Shown: positions 18,104-28,811, numbered from the stretch's first letter. The stretch is DNA of 54,870 bases from an uncultured Candidatus Peribacteria bacterium (GCA_964413195.1 CAYPRD010000002.1:1-54870), one strand, 5' to 3'. Notes: generated by a model not told the origin, from the letters alone. Numbers and translations are program-made.

Positions 18104-19162
18104 CTAGAATTCAATTTTTTCTATAGATTGCCCAATACTCTCAAGAATTTCATCTTTTTCTCTTCCGTGTGCTAAACGGGGTTGTCCATATCATTCTATG
18201 ATGATAGGAATCAATTCTAATCATGCTAGTTGGGGTTTTACAGCATGCTTTATGCTGACGCGTACGATCAATCCTTGTTTTGTCTCTGGGCTGAACTCTT
18301 GATCAAAGACAAAATTTCACAGAGAATAGAAAATATATTTTCCCCGATAAACTTCCACCGGTTGTATCCAGTGAGGATGTGCTCCCAGAACAAGATCTGC
18401 CCCGTGATCAATAGCAGTGCGAGCAAAAGTTTTTTGGAGAGCGGTCGGGTGTCGTGAATATTCTTGTCCGGCATGCATATTGACGACAACGATGTCTGCT
18501 TGTTTTTTTGCTTCTTCGAGAGAGAGTATCAAATTTTGCGTATCCTGCATTCGAGCAATCTGCTCATGTGTGCCCGTCCCGTCATCATTATAGGCTGCAT
18601 ATGAAGCTCAGAGAAAAGCTATTTTTATTCATCGTACTTCCTGAATCTGCGGTTTCCATGGATCATCACCGACCCCAACAGGTTTTATACCTATTTTTGT
18701 AAGGAGATCTTGTGTTGTCTGTAGTCATGCTTCCCCTTGATCGAGAGCGTGATTATTGGCGAGACTTACGAGACGAAAATTAACGGTAGTAAGCGACTCT
18801 ATGAGGTGAGGAAGAGCATTAAATACGAGAGTTTTTTGATAGGAATATATCGGTGTTCCATTGGTGGGGGATTCGAGATTGCCAAAAACAAAATCAGCAC
18901 TTTTTAGAAGAGAACCAATCTTCTCCCAAATCCATGTTGGTCATCCTCACTTTTCTGCATACCGAGCCACATTTCTGGAGAGCATAATGTCACCAGTTGC
19001 TATGAAAACTACTGATGATGCTGGAGCTGGTGGAGGTGAATCTGATGCTGAGAGAGGGGGACTGAGAAAGGCATATATAAGTGTTGCGCTCACGAGAAAA
19101 GATACCAGCATTAGGCTCACGGCAAAAAATAAACGAATGTTGCATATGTGCATAGCTCTCAT
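18104..19162 (-). CDS. capA: CapA/PGA_cap-type metallophosphatase (poly-gamma-glutamate capsule synthesis family)
   Basis: Track fragments 18947..19162 and 18317..18550 lie in one frame of 353 codons with 8 TGA and no TAA/TAG (checked triplet by triplet). FIATGDIML, GNLESP, ANNHALDQGE, VNMHAGQEY, GAHPHWIQP, SL(TGA)NFVFDQ. Confidence 0.85.
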
Positions 19163-19213
19163 GCTATTGAACTTCTCTTAAGTGCAATAGACTTTCAAAA
19201 TATAGCAAGATTC

Positions 19214-19846
19214 TTATTGAATGGCAACAACCACCCGCAAGAAGCGCTTGGCGTTCTGCGGGGGCTTTTTGTAGTCGGTCAGGCGGTAAAAGGCATCAGC
19301 ACCGATTTGCTGGACTTCGATCAGCTCCACTCCCGGCATGGAGGGCGTGAGGACAATCAAGCCGTTGCTCGTCTTGACGGTGCCGAGGTCTTCCCACTGC
19401 TGCAGGTCGTCTGTGCCTTGAAAGGTGATCTTCAGGGCGGGATCGGTTGGAATCGTGGGGATGCGCAAAAAGAGGTTCTGCGGTGGAAGTCCGGGGTCTT
19501 GAATCTGGCCTGTCTCCACAGGCCCCGTGATGCCGGCGTATTCGGCAAGGTTCTTCGTGCCGTCGCCATCGGCGTCTTGGTCGGGATTGCGGAGAGGATT
19601 GGTGGCTCCGTAGGTGGCCAAAGCCCATGCATCGTAGAGCTGCAAGGCATCGGGTCTGGTCACTCTCACTTCCACAAGGTTCCCTACTCTATCTGGTTGG
19701 TAGGCGACACGGCCACGAGAACCGTAGTCCACTGCCACAAGACGCCCATCGGTGTCATAGGAGTAGTCGGCGGTGATGCTCACCGGGTCAGCAATGGCAG
19801 AGGCTGCACCGAGCAGGAGAGCGCTACAGGTCGAGATCGGGTTCAT
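19214..19846 (-). CDS. secreted YD-repeat / Ca-binding-motif protein (island ORF 3)
   Basis: Signal-peptide-like MNPISTCSALLLGAASAIA, one YD repeat (YSYDTDGRLVAVDY) and a DQDADGDG motif. TAA stop. High GC. Confidence 0.6.
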   Translation of the reverse strand: MNPISTCSALLLGAASAIADPVSITADYSYDTDGRLVAVDYGSRGRVAYQPDRVGNLVEVRVTRPDALQLYDAWALATYGATNPLRNPDQDADGDGTKNLAEYAGITGPVETGQIQDPGLPPQNLFLRIPTIPTDPALKITFQGTDDLQQWEDLGTVKTSNGLIVLTPSMPGVELIEVQQIGADAFYRLTDYKKPPQNAKRFLRVVVAIQ

Positions 19847-20276
19847 GGCGATGATTGCGTTTAATGGTGCGGAAATCTTCTGGATACGTCTTTCGCCGCC
19901 ATGATTGGAATTCTTCCGTTATCACGGGATCTTCGTCGGCTATTTCGCAGGTAAAACCCTCCCGCATCATTATTCGAGGCATGATTCTCACTTCTTCGGC
20001 AGAAATCATTTGAAGCTCTACATCTCTCGGAAATTCCGGTTCCACAATTTCAAATAGGCTCGCAGGGAATGCCGTGATCCAGCGGACTGGCACCTCAATT
20101 TCAAAGTGCAGACACCGTTTCCCGGTTTCCGCTTCTTCAAATGAAAGCCCAAGCACCCGATACTGCTCCCCGACTTCCAAAAGGTCTGCCGATGGAATCC
20201 CCCGATGTTGTTGGATTTCAGGAGTTCTCTTTATGTAGCACTCAGGATCGTTGATGGCTATACACTTAACGATCAT
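19824..20276 (-). CDS. putative immunity protein for the upstream Rhs C-terminal toxin
   Basis: ATG begins immediately after the toxin TAA (stop 20279..20281, ATG 20276..20274). 150 aa acidic protein. Called from its position, which is typical of Rhs toxin-immunity pairs. No family recognised. Confidence 0.5.
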   Translation of the reverse strand: MIVKCIAINDPECYIKRTPEIQQHRGIPSADLLEVGEQYRVLGLSFEEAETGKRCLHFEIEVPVRWITAFPASLFEIVEPEFPRDVELQMISAEEVRIMPRIMMREGFTCEIADEDPVITEEFQSWRRKTYPEDFRTIKRNHRHEPDLDL

Positions 20277-20278
20277 AT

Positions 20279-21268
20279 TTACTTGGGTTTTGGTTCATAA
20301 ATTTTACCTGTGGCATCGTTTCTATAAGCGTGAATTTGAATTTTTGACCCGTCCATCAACGTCTCGTGCCGGGAAGTAATCTTCTGCCAATCATTCGGTC
20401 GCCCCCCGTAAGTTTTTACAAGACGATTAATGTCATTTATTTTCTTCTTAACTCCTTTCCCTGCCATCACTCTATATTCGTTGGAGTATATTTTTTGCAG
20501 GAGTCGTTTTCCTGCCTCTATCCGCTGAGTGGTTACTACCCTCCCCACCTTGTTCAGACCAGCCGGAACGCCGGGAATAAATACGGAGAGGACATCGGAA
20601 CCGATGTCCTTCGCATCCTGCTTGAAGGTCTGCTTGTCCCACTTTCCGGTTCTGATGGCGGCAGCGGTATGTCCGATAAGCTGTCCGGTGTCCCAGAGCG
20701 TCACTCCAGCATCCCAGATGATATCGATGACATTGCCACTGGGATCAACGTAGGTCAGGGGATTCCCCCTCGCATACGCATAGCGGTTGAAGGTGGAAGG
20801 GTCTTGCAGGGTGCCTGTGACGGCATCTTGTGAGAGGAAGGCATGGGTGCGGGTGCAGTAGTGGCGTGCTCTCATCGAGAGCAGGCCTGACCCGTCATCC
20901 ATGACGCCCCATTCACCGCCGTGGCGGTAAGGATTGTAAAGAGCAAGACCGGAACCGCTGATGGAATCAGCCGTCAGTCCAAAAGGATCGTAGCCAAAGG
21001 CTTGTGTCGTAGTCTCGTCGGCTTGTGTCAGTGCCAGCGTGTTGCCGTGGGGATCGAAGTGAAACACTTCGTCGTTTAGGTATGAACCATCAGTATTGAA
21101 ACGGGCCAACAGGCCGAGTCCCCAGACGTAGTAGGCAGTGACCGCACCGGTATCCGTCATCTGTGCTAAAGCACAGGGCAGCGGTCTATTGTCATCGACA
21201 ACGTATCGCTGAACAGTGGAGCCGAGCTGACGTTCGAGACGAACGCCATCACCATTGTAGCGGAAAAT
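20279..21268 (-). CDS. 5'-truncated Rhs core plus C-terminal polymorphic toxin domain (orphan Rhs-CT)
   Basis: FRYNGDGVRLERQ, YYVWGLGLLARF, FHFDPHGNTLAL, FGYDPFGL, ARHYCTRTHAFLSQDAV..NRYAYARGNPLTYVDPSGN (Rhs core end), then about 165 aa of non-Rhs tail. Rhs similarity starts abruptly at the GC/AT junction. Confidence 0.8.
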   Translation of the reverse strand: MFRYNGDGVRLERQLGSTVQRYVVDDNRPLPCALAQMTDTGAVTAYYVWGLGLLARFNTDGSYLNDEVFHFDPHGNTLALTQADETTTQAFGYDPFGLTADSISGSGLALYNPYRHGGEWGVMDDGSGLLSMRARHYCTRTHAFLSQDAVTGTLQDPSTFNRYAYARGNPLTYVDPSGNVIDIIWDAGVTLWDTGQLIGHTAAAIRTGKWDKQTFKQDAKDIGSDVLSVFIPGVPAGLNKVGRVVTTQRIEAGKRLLQKIYSNEYRVMAGKGVKKKINDINRLVKTYGGRPNDWQKITSRHETLMDGSKIQIHAYRNDATGKIYEPKPK

Positions 21269-21302
21269 TTTATGAAGTAAAGTTTTCAGTCTTTTGTTTT
21301 AG

Positions 21303-21343
21303 TTTTTTTGAAAAATCTACCAATAGTAGATTTTTCAAAAAAA
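21303..21343. repeat. perfect 18-bp inverted repeat (hairpin) 35 nt outside the island's right edge
   Basis: TTTTTTTGAAAAATCTAC-caata-GTAGATTTTTCAAAAAAA. The arms are exact reverse complements. Confidence 0.85.
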
Positions 21344-21403
21344 CTCTATAGATATTTCCATATTACTGTCAATTCGTCTTCTGTGATTGTTGGGCGCGAT
21401 CTC

Positions 21404-21432
21404 TTGCCCGATTATGCTTTTTTTCATATACT
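21404..21432 (+). promoter_or_regulatory. promoter with -10 placed 6 nt before the ATG (leaderless-type)
   Basis: TTGCCC, 17 nt spacer, TATACT, then gagtgt-ATG(21439). Confidence 0.5.
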
Positions 21433-21438
21433 GAGTGT

Positions 21439-22599
21439 ATGAAAGCATTTTTCTCCCTTCAAACCAAGCAGTTTGTTTTGTATATTGTCATCATCATTGC
21501 GACTCTGCTGGGCCTCTGGTTGGTCTATCTTCTCCGAGATGTTTTGAGCCTTGTCCTCTTATCTTGTTTTGCCGCGCTTCTTCTTTCTCCCTTTGTGAGT
21601 CGACTCAATACATGGAAGATTCCTCAAATCCCTGCTATTTTGACCACTTTTCTTGGACTTCTTGTTATACTTAGTTTATTTGTTGTCTCTATTATCCCTA
21701 TCTTTGTTCGTCTGGCAGAAGATTCCAAGGGCTATGTGCTGCGTTCAATTGATTTTATTGAAGCACAGGCTCAGGATGAGTTTCCTGTTCTCGATAAACT
21801 CCCTTTTCATGCTGGATCTATGATACGAAAGGGTATCGATATTCCTGAACTCACCGCAATTGTTCTGGACAAAAATCGTGTCCAACTGGTAACAGAAAAC
21901 ATCACTAACAATATTGATACCCTCAAGAACTTTGCCCAGAATGGTATCGGTCAAGTAGGGAGTATCGGTGTTTCTTTTGCGAGCGGGTTGACTTCTTTTA
22001 TTACGCTCTTTTCTCTCTTTCTGCTGTTAACATTTTTTATTCTCTTAGAGCGTCGAGCATTCCTGAAATGGTTCTTTGCTATTCTCCCGCATCAACTTGG
22101 ACATTATTTTAAAAGTCGCGAACATACTATTGGTGAAGCAATCCATGCTTGGCTTCGGGGACAGCTTATTTTGGCTACTTTTATGTTCGCTATTAACTTT
22201 ATCGGTTTAGCCATTGCACAATTTTTTGGGCTTCCAGTCACCAATATTTTCTCCCTCGCACTGATTGCATGAGCGATGGAGTTTGTTCCCTATGTTGGTC
22301 CTGTTATTGCTTTTATTCCAACATTTTTGATGGTATTGGTAAGTCCAGACGTGAGTATGTGGTCCATCGCTGCTGTGATTGGTCTCTATGTCCTCTTTCA
22401 ACAATTAGAAGGCAATATTATGGTTCCCCTTATCATGAGCCGTACGTTGCGTCTCTCCTCGCTCTATATTTTGATTGTGACGCTGATAGGAGCAACGCTC
22501 GGAGGTCCTCTTGGTGTTCTTCTTGCTATCCCATTGGCATCGATTATCCATATCTTTTATCACGATTGGATGCATTATCGAAAAACTCTCGAACAGTAG
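21439..22599 (+). CDS. AI-2E family transporter (PerM/UPF0118)
   Basis: Track ORFs 21439..22272 and 22276..22599 are joined by one TGA. LALIA(TGA)AMEFVPYVGPVIAFIP and QQLEGNIMVPLIMS. Multi-TM. Confidence 0.88.
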
Positions 22600-22602
22600 G
22601 AT

Positions 22603-23277
22603 ATGTGGGTTTTTTCTGATACGTCCCAAAAATATTGTCCTGGCCCTGATGTTTTGGTGTATCAGGTGTTTGATCCTTCATGGGAAGATTTTTCTGGGGA
22701 AATCATCGACGTGTATACACCTCTCTCTTCCTCCTCACAATCGTATGATATGTGGTGCGCAGCATACCCGAGAGAATATGAGATTGAGATGATACGCACT
22801 CTTCTGTTATCATCGCACCGAATCCACATCCGTGGTATATCGACTCATGAATGAGTTGCCCTCCTTGGTACGTATTATGCATCATCTGGATATTATGACC
22901 AAGAAACACAAAAATACCATGTTCCCTCTGATGAGAGAATTACCGCTTCTGTTTCTCTCCATCATGCTTTGTGGTGTGAGAAGGATAAAACCCTTCTTCA
23001 ATGACTTATACACGACTTGATTCCCCCTCCCGTGCGTGGCCCATCAGATTTGCGTGTGATACAACAAGGATTGCGTAGCGGTATAATATCGACCCTCTCG
23101 GCTGCTGGCCAGGAGAACTACTTACATCTTTTACTCGAACGCCAGATACTCTCTTCTTTTCACATCCATGAAGTTATTTGTGCCAATTGGCAACGTATCG
23201 GTTTGACAGGGGCAAAGCATCTATTTCACCTCCCTATTCCTTCTTTTAGAGAAAGAAATTTTTCTCATACTCAGTAA
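22603..23277 (+). CDS. hypothetical protein (224 aa)
   Basis: 225-codon frame with only 2 TGA and no TAA/TAG (checked). ATG is 4 nt after the upstream stop. No motif recognised. Confidence 0.6.
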
Positions 23278-23450
23278 AAATTTCCTTCCGGAGATCCTCG
23301 AGAGTGTGATTGTAATTTTCATGATCCTGAAGTATTTTTTTGCTCTGCAAATGAATAACAAAAAAACTTACCAATACTCATCCTGCTATAATGGAAACAT
23401 CAATCCAATACATGTGCAGAAGAAACGTTGTAAATGTGTCTATCATAGTG

Positions 23451-24293
23451 TTAGAGAGAAGAAGTATTTTTTAGTTCGGTCACAACAAGAAGTCGATTGA
23501 GTGTTGTTCCGAGTGGCCAACAAGTCATAAGTGTGAGTTTTTTCTCATTTTTATCGCCCCCAAGAGAAGAAACATGTCAGGGCTTAACGACCATTTTTTC
23601 CTTGACGGTATAAATCACTTTTTTCTGTTTAAAGTACACGATGATTTCGTCTCACGCTACAAGTTCGTTGAGAAGGGCAAAGACATCATTGTACCCTCCT
23701 TTTGCCCAAGGATAATTGGAACTATGACCAAAAATAAAACTATTTCCTGATTCTCCTGGATCAGCTGAACCAGGGTATTTGACGACTCATCCTTCCAATT
23801 CCTTCATAAATATTTTCTGCCATTCATGTGAATTATCCGCATCATGGTGTTCGACATTGACCAGAGGAATATTTTTTCCGATTTTTGGGATAACAATGCG
23901 ATCTTCGTAAGGAGTAATATTGACCGATAAGCTCACACGTGAAATATCCTGATCAAAATAACTCACCCCCAGATTCTGTGTCTTTATCTGTCATTTTTCG
24001 AGCTGTCTTTTGAGAATTTTTTGTATGCGAGCTTTTTTTATTTCTTCAATTTCTGTGGAATCAACTACTTCGGCCTGAGCAATACTTCCCTCGATAGCTG
24101 CTTGTTCTTTCTGGAGAGCTTCTGGGGCTATCATGCTGCGCGCAAATGCACTATATGCTGACCAGTTTGATACCAGCAGAAGAACAATAAAGATAATACT
24201 TGTGAGAAAAATAAAATGAAAAAATGCTCGAATTTTTTTAACCCAGCGATATTTTTTTTCTACTTTTTCCTCCTCTTGTTGTACCCAACTCAT
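23451..24293 (-). CDS. sortase family transpeptidase
   Basis: N-terminal TM anchor (track ORF 23991..24293) continues through 4 TGA to TAA at 23451. IFGHSSN and LTLMTCWP (TLxTC catalytic Cys). Confidence 0.85.
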
Positions 24294-24427
24294 GATATCC
24301 CGTGATGTATCAAAAATCTCATGTACAAGCGTAATGGGGCCATGTCATTTTTCTTTTGTATGTGCATTCCAGGAGCTCATACTCCCAGCGTACCATATCT
24401 TTTATCTGATAGCAAAAAATGGACGTC

Positions 24428-25963
24428 CTAGATCTCCAGTTTCCAGGCTTCCTTTTTCCGTCTACTGAGGATACCCCAAGCCAAAACTGCTCCTCCATAG
24501 ACAATAAACATTCCCGAAAATCCGATAAAAGAAATAAGTGCTCCTCAAAATATGAGTCCGATAGCATTTGCAAAATTATTGAGAATCTTCATGGGCGCAG
24601 CGGAGACATCAGCATTGATGATATTTGATCCAGTTGCTTGAGCATAGGATTTGTTATACTCATCAGCAAATATAGATTGACTCATAGGATATCCTGCAGC
24701 ATAACCAGTACTATTGAGCATTCCAAAGAGGACAACGAGTATGAGTCCAAGGAGATTTTCAAAATTTCCACATATGGCCAGTCCGAGAAGCGCAATAGCC
24801 GAGAGAAATATACCCAACGTAATTACCCGAAATTTCCCATCAGTTTGGGATTTTTTTATCCAAAACATCTGGAGCGCATAGGCAGGAATTGCCAAAATTC
24901 CTATGAGTATAAAACCGCTTCGGATAATATTTTGAACCCCAGAATTTTTCAGGGCTTCATCCAAAAAGGTAACAAAAAATGTTGTCACAATTGTATCCCA
25001 GCATCAAAAGAGCAGTATACAGCCCGTTGACCAGAGAAGAATGGGAACAAAAGTCATTTTCTCAAAGACGAGTCTGTAGAGCAGAGCGTATTCTATTTTT
25101 GTCTTCTGGAAAATCTCGCTCCAATTGAGTTCTTGAGAGATTTCTTTTGGTTTCATGATCACATAATCCATCGATCCTTTTAACTTTTGAAAATCAAGGG
25201 TTGATACGGTAGTTTTGATGTATGCAGCTGTTTTTTGTTCGAGAGTCTTGGTTTTCTCCAGTAAATGAAGATTTTTGACAGCAGCAAGATCAAATACTTC
25301 GTTTGAGTTATCAAAATACCCCTGTATAAACACCCATACACATATGATGAGAAAAATAAGGACGAATAAGATGAGTTGTGTGGAATCAGTTTTGAGAGAT
25401 AAAATAGCGATGGAAATCACTATTCCCACAACTGATCCAATACCAACAGCAATATTATTTTTTGAAAGCGCTTTGTCATATTCAGAGGGGTCTGAATGAT
25501 TGAGGAGATAAGAAATAGTGGTTATATCATAGACTTCTTTCACTGTTCCGTAGAGTATACCGACGACTAGAAGGAGGATAAAATTGATCCCAGAAGCAAG
25601 AAAATTTCGTGTTACTTCTAGGATACTTCCATCAAAATCAAATTCTAGTTCGCCAGAGGTACGGACAAGGTATAAAAATACACAAGCCGCCAGAATCATA
25701 AAGCCATTTGCTATGCCGAGCATGGTTTTTGAGGGGACATGTCGTTGAATCGTCCCGAGAGGGACATCGATGAGCATAGACCAGATATTTCCTATACCAA
25801 GAAATATCCCTACGAGGAGCGGAGACCCTACGATAAAACCGAAGAAAAATACACTCGTGAGATGGAAAATTAACCAAATTGCTCAATAAACACCAACAAC
25901 ATTATAAAAATTCCTGAGGAGTTTCGCTTTTTCCGGAAGTTCTGGAGTAACAACATGGGTCAT
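24428..25963 (-). CDS. MFS-like multi-pass transporter
   Basis: Track ORFs 25004..25777 and 24545..24988 plus flanks form one 512-codon frame. Many hydrophobic segments. The function call rests on topology and a weak DxPxG..R..K loop only. Confidence 0.6.
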
Positions 25964-25970
25964 ACGGGCA

Positions 25971-25976
25971 AGTATA
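25971..25976 (-). promoter_or_regulatory. -10 box TATACT, 7 nt before the ATG
   Basis: On the minus strand: TATACT-tgcccgt-ATG(25963). Confidence 0.4.
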
Positions 25977-26004
25977 CTACAATTTTTCTCTTGAGTAAAG
26001 GAAA

Positions 26005-26709
26005 TTATGGTTGTGTAGGGAGCCCATAATTGAGAACCCAGATATCGTCACAATAGCCGACCCCAAGCTCGGTATATTCCCTTTTATACATATTTTCTCT
26101 GTGATGGATGCTTGTGGTGAGTTGATCGAGTATCTCGGCAATGCTTCTCTGTCCGAGTCCCAGATTTTCCCCGCCAGCAATATAATCATACCCTCCTGCG
26201 TCATATCGGGCCCCGAGTGTGCTTCCATGAAGCTCATGAGTGATCGTTTTTTCTTGACAAAGAGCCTGGGCATAGCTCTGAGCAATAGTGTTGAGTTTTT
26301 CGGATACTCGTAGTGCTCATAGACCGCGGCGTATACGACGTATACTATGCTCCTCGACCAAGAGCGTACGAAGTTGAGTTAGGCTTATATTTCGTGCATC
26401 CTGTGTGAGTACCCCCTGGGGTGTGTAATGATCATTACACATGTAGCCAGTGAGAATACTGTGTGTCTCACAGAGAAGATGGTTAAAATAACGAACGATT
26501 TCTTGTGCCGGTACTGGAAGCTTCGGAAGAGCATCTCTTATAAGTGTTTGTACAAGCATGATTTTTTTACTTTGCTCTTCCTCGCTGAGTGGAGAGAGGT
26601 GTTGCGATCTGAATGCATCATACAGCTCTTCTACTCGTACTTCACTTGGACCATCAAGTGCGAGAATTGGTACACAGAGGAGCAGACAGGCGATTAAAAA
26701 ACGCTTCAT
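26005..26709 (-). CDS. secreted CAP/SCP (YkwD-like) domain protein
   Basis: Signal peptide MKRFLIACLLLCVPILA. After one TGA: HELHGSTLGARYDAGGYDY..GENLGLGQ..HHRENM..ELGVGY. TAA at 26005. Confidence 0.8.
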
Positions 26710-26762
26710 AGGGTGGCAAAAAATGAAATTGTTTCTATAGTACTGGTATAATTGTCTTTGCA

Positions 26763-27470
26763 ATGCCTTCTCCATCAATCTTCTTGACTCTTTATCAAAA
26801 AAAACAATTAACGCATGATGTCTACGAGTTGGAATATAGGAGTGAACACATTTTCCCAATTATTCCGGGGCAATTTTTGTTGTGTGATACTATGGGAGAT
26901 AGTACATTGCGACGATCGTATTCTGTGAGTTGGGCTGAAGAAAAAAGTATTTTTCTTACTATCAAACGTCTTTCTCAAGGGAAATGAGGGAGTAGGGCAA
27001 TATGTGATCAACATATTGGTCACTGTATGGAAGTTTGGGGACCATTGGGGGGATTTGTTTTACAAAAAACCAATTTTCCAAAAGTTTTTATTGGTACGGG
27101 AACGGGATTTGCACCTCTCTACTTTCAAATGCGTTCACTTCTTCAAAATCACACCAAGGTACCCCTCTTTTTTCTTTTTGGTGTCCGAGAGATTCGAGAT
27201 GTTCTTCTTTGAGAGGAGCTAAAAAGATGGAGTGAAGACCACTCTTTTGATTATGAAATTTATTGCTCACAGGAGAAAGATATCCTCACAGATAAACATC
27301 ATGTGTGACGAGTAACGCACTTCATCACGCCGACTACTATTGGTGAAATTAATCCTGATAATACAACAGAATTCTATATTTGTGGAAGTCCTGCAATGGT
27401 TTCTGAAGTCCGATCCTTACTTGAGAAATATGGTATAAAAAAAGAGAAGATATTTTTTGAACAGTATTAG
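26763..27470 (+). CDS. ferredoxin-NADP reductase-like FAD/NAD(P)-binding oxidoreductase
   Basis: RRSYS (RxYS FAD motif), GK(TGA)GS, GTGTGFAP (NAD motif), ICGSPAMV. Four in-frame TGA. TAG at 27468. Confidence 0.85.
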
Positions 27471-27511
27471 TTGACAATTTAATTTTTTGAATATTTTTAA
27501 TTAAAATTAAT

Positions 27512-27517
27512 TAATAT
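27512..27517 (+). promoter_or_regulatory. -10 box TAATAT, 6 nt before the ATG (leaderless-type)
   Basis: TAATAT-agtttc-ATG(27524). Confidence 0.45.
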
Positions 27518-27523
27518 AGTTTC

Positions 27524-28075
27524 ATGGAAACAGATTTTTCAAAAATGCAAAATCTATTGTTCCGTTCAGCTGAAAAAGTATCCCACAGTTATTGAAGTTT
27601 CCCTCAGTACATTCGAGACTACATGGATCGATTCTTGGAGGGTGCGGATGTTCTTACAAAAGAGGAAGTTTTAATTCAATTACGTTTATGTACTCAGAGA
27701 CCCCCGTGTGGGTTTATGCATGAGTTTTCGATTCTACGAAATACCGCTTGAAAATGAGCTCCACCATATGACTTCTCAGGATTTATTCATGGTCCTTCAA
27801 CTTGCCCAAATAGAATATGAAATTGTCTCTGTGCTCACTCAAATATTCTTGGTTTAGTTTTAAGAGCATTGATTCTACTCAACCGTGAGGATAAGGCAGA
27901 AAAGTTACTTCAACCTATCTTTCTTATGATGGTGTATGACTGACACTTTGCCACTGTTGTGCAAATGGGCGAACAACCTTATCTTATGGATAAAAATTGA
28001 TTAGATAATCAGGTCCAGGTTGGAGCTCAAATTATGCAAACTGTTCAAACCACTATTGCTTTACTAGCTGCTTAA
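27524..28075 (+). CDS. hypothetical protein (183 aa)
   Basis: 184-codon frame with 6 TGA and no TAA/TAG (checked triplet by triplet). Invisible in the ORF track. No family recognised. Confidence 0.6.
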
Positions 28076-28079
28076 GTAT

Positions 28080-28811
28080 ATGCCCAATTTTGTACCTAAT
28101 AATGATGGATATACACGTATTCATGAGTTTACTTCTCTTAATTTTACAAGCTCACAAGAATGATCTTGGGATCCAGATGCTCATATTGCGGGACTGATGT
28201 CTCGTTCTTGGGAAAGAACTTGTGAAGAAGCGTTATATGCAGGGCATGCGCCTCTTATAAATAACGCTCTAGCAAGATTTATATCTGCTGAAGTGCGAGA
28301 TAATGTTGCCAATGTCGTTGGTAATCCTCAAGGGGTAATGTATAGTCAAGTGATTGGATGGAGAACTTCTCCTGAAATTGAACATTATAATTGAGAAGAC
28401 CACCCAAAGAGTATGAGTGTTCTGTGTATTGCTCAAACACGTGATGGTCGTTTTTGCTTCCGTTCGCGATGAAAAATGTGAGACTGGCACCATTCTCTTC
28501 TGGAAATGCCAGGAGGTTTTTTTAGAACGTCAGACCAGGATCCAACAAAGGCCCTTGTGAATAGATTCCAAGAAGATTACAACGATCCGAATTTTTTTCC
28601 AGGCTTTCAATGGTTTTGAATGATGGAGAGTCCCAGAATTGGAGAGTGCGTATCCCTGGCCTATGCGATCTTACCTGAATGATATATACCGCCAGATTCT
28701 ATATATATTCATCCAGATGATTTGGGTAAAAATAAAGCAGTAATTGCGCTCCCTTCTTTTGCGATAGTGAAATTCTTTTTGGAAGGTTGATTGGATTATG
28801 TAGGATATTAA
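28080..28811 (+). CDS. hypothetical protein with a degenerate Nudix-like box
   Basis: 244-codon frame with 7 TGA (checked). LEMPGGFFRTSDQDPTKALVNRFQEDYN resembles GX5EX7REUXEE with substitutions. Includes track ORF 28197..28394. Confidence 0.5.

Larger units (their letters stand above)
19214..21268. other. compositionally foreign high-GC island (three same-strand ORFs), sharply bounded
   Basis: 60-nt lines counted inside the island (19381.., 20881..) are 36/60 G+C. Lines counted in the flanks are 14/60 to 28/60. The right edge cuts an Rhs ORF at about 21263..21270. No in-frame TGA anywhere in the island. Confidence 0.75.

Noticed and set aside
19148-19864. Alternative-frame ORFs inside the high-GC island (19148..19864 plus strand, 19296..19628 and 19432..19650 minus strand).
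   Set aside because: Arg/Gly/Pro-rich products typical of off-frame ORFs in GC-rich DNA. The chosen frames carry signal-peptide, YD-repeat and Rhs motifs.
22703-22909. Minus-strand ORF with a GH-containing stretch that briefly suggested a metallophosphoesterase.
   Set aside because: Its frame is open for only about 139 codons and runs into the AI-2E gene. No real phosphoesterase motifs. The plus-strand 225-codon frame is the better model.
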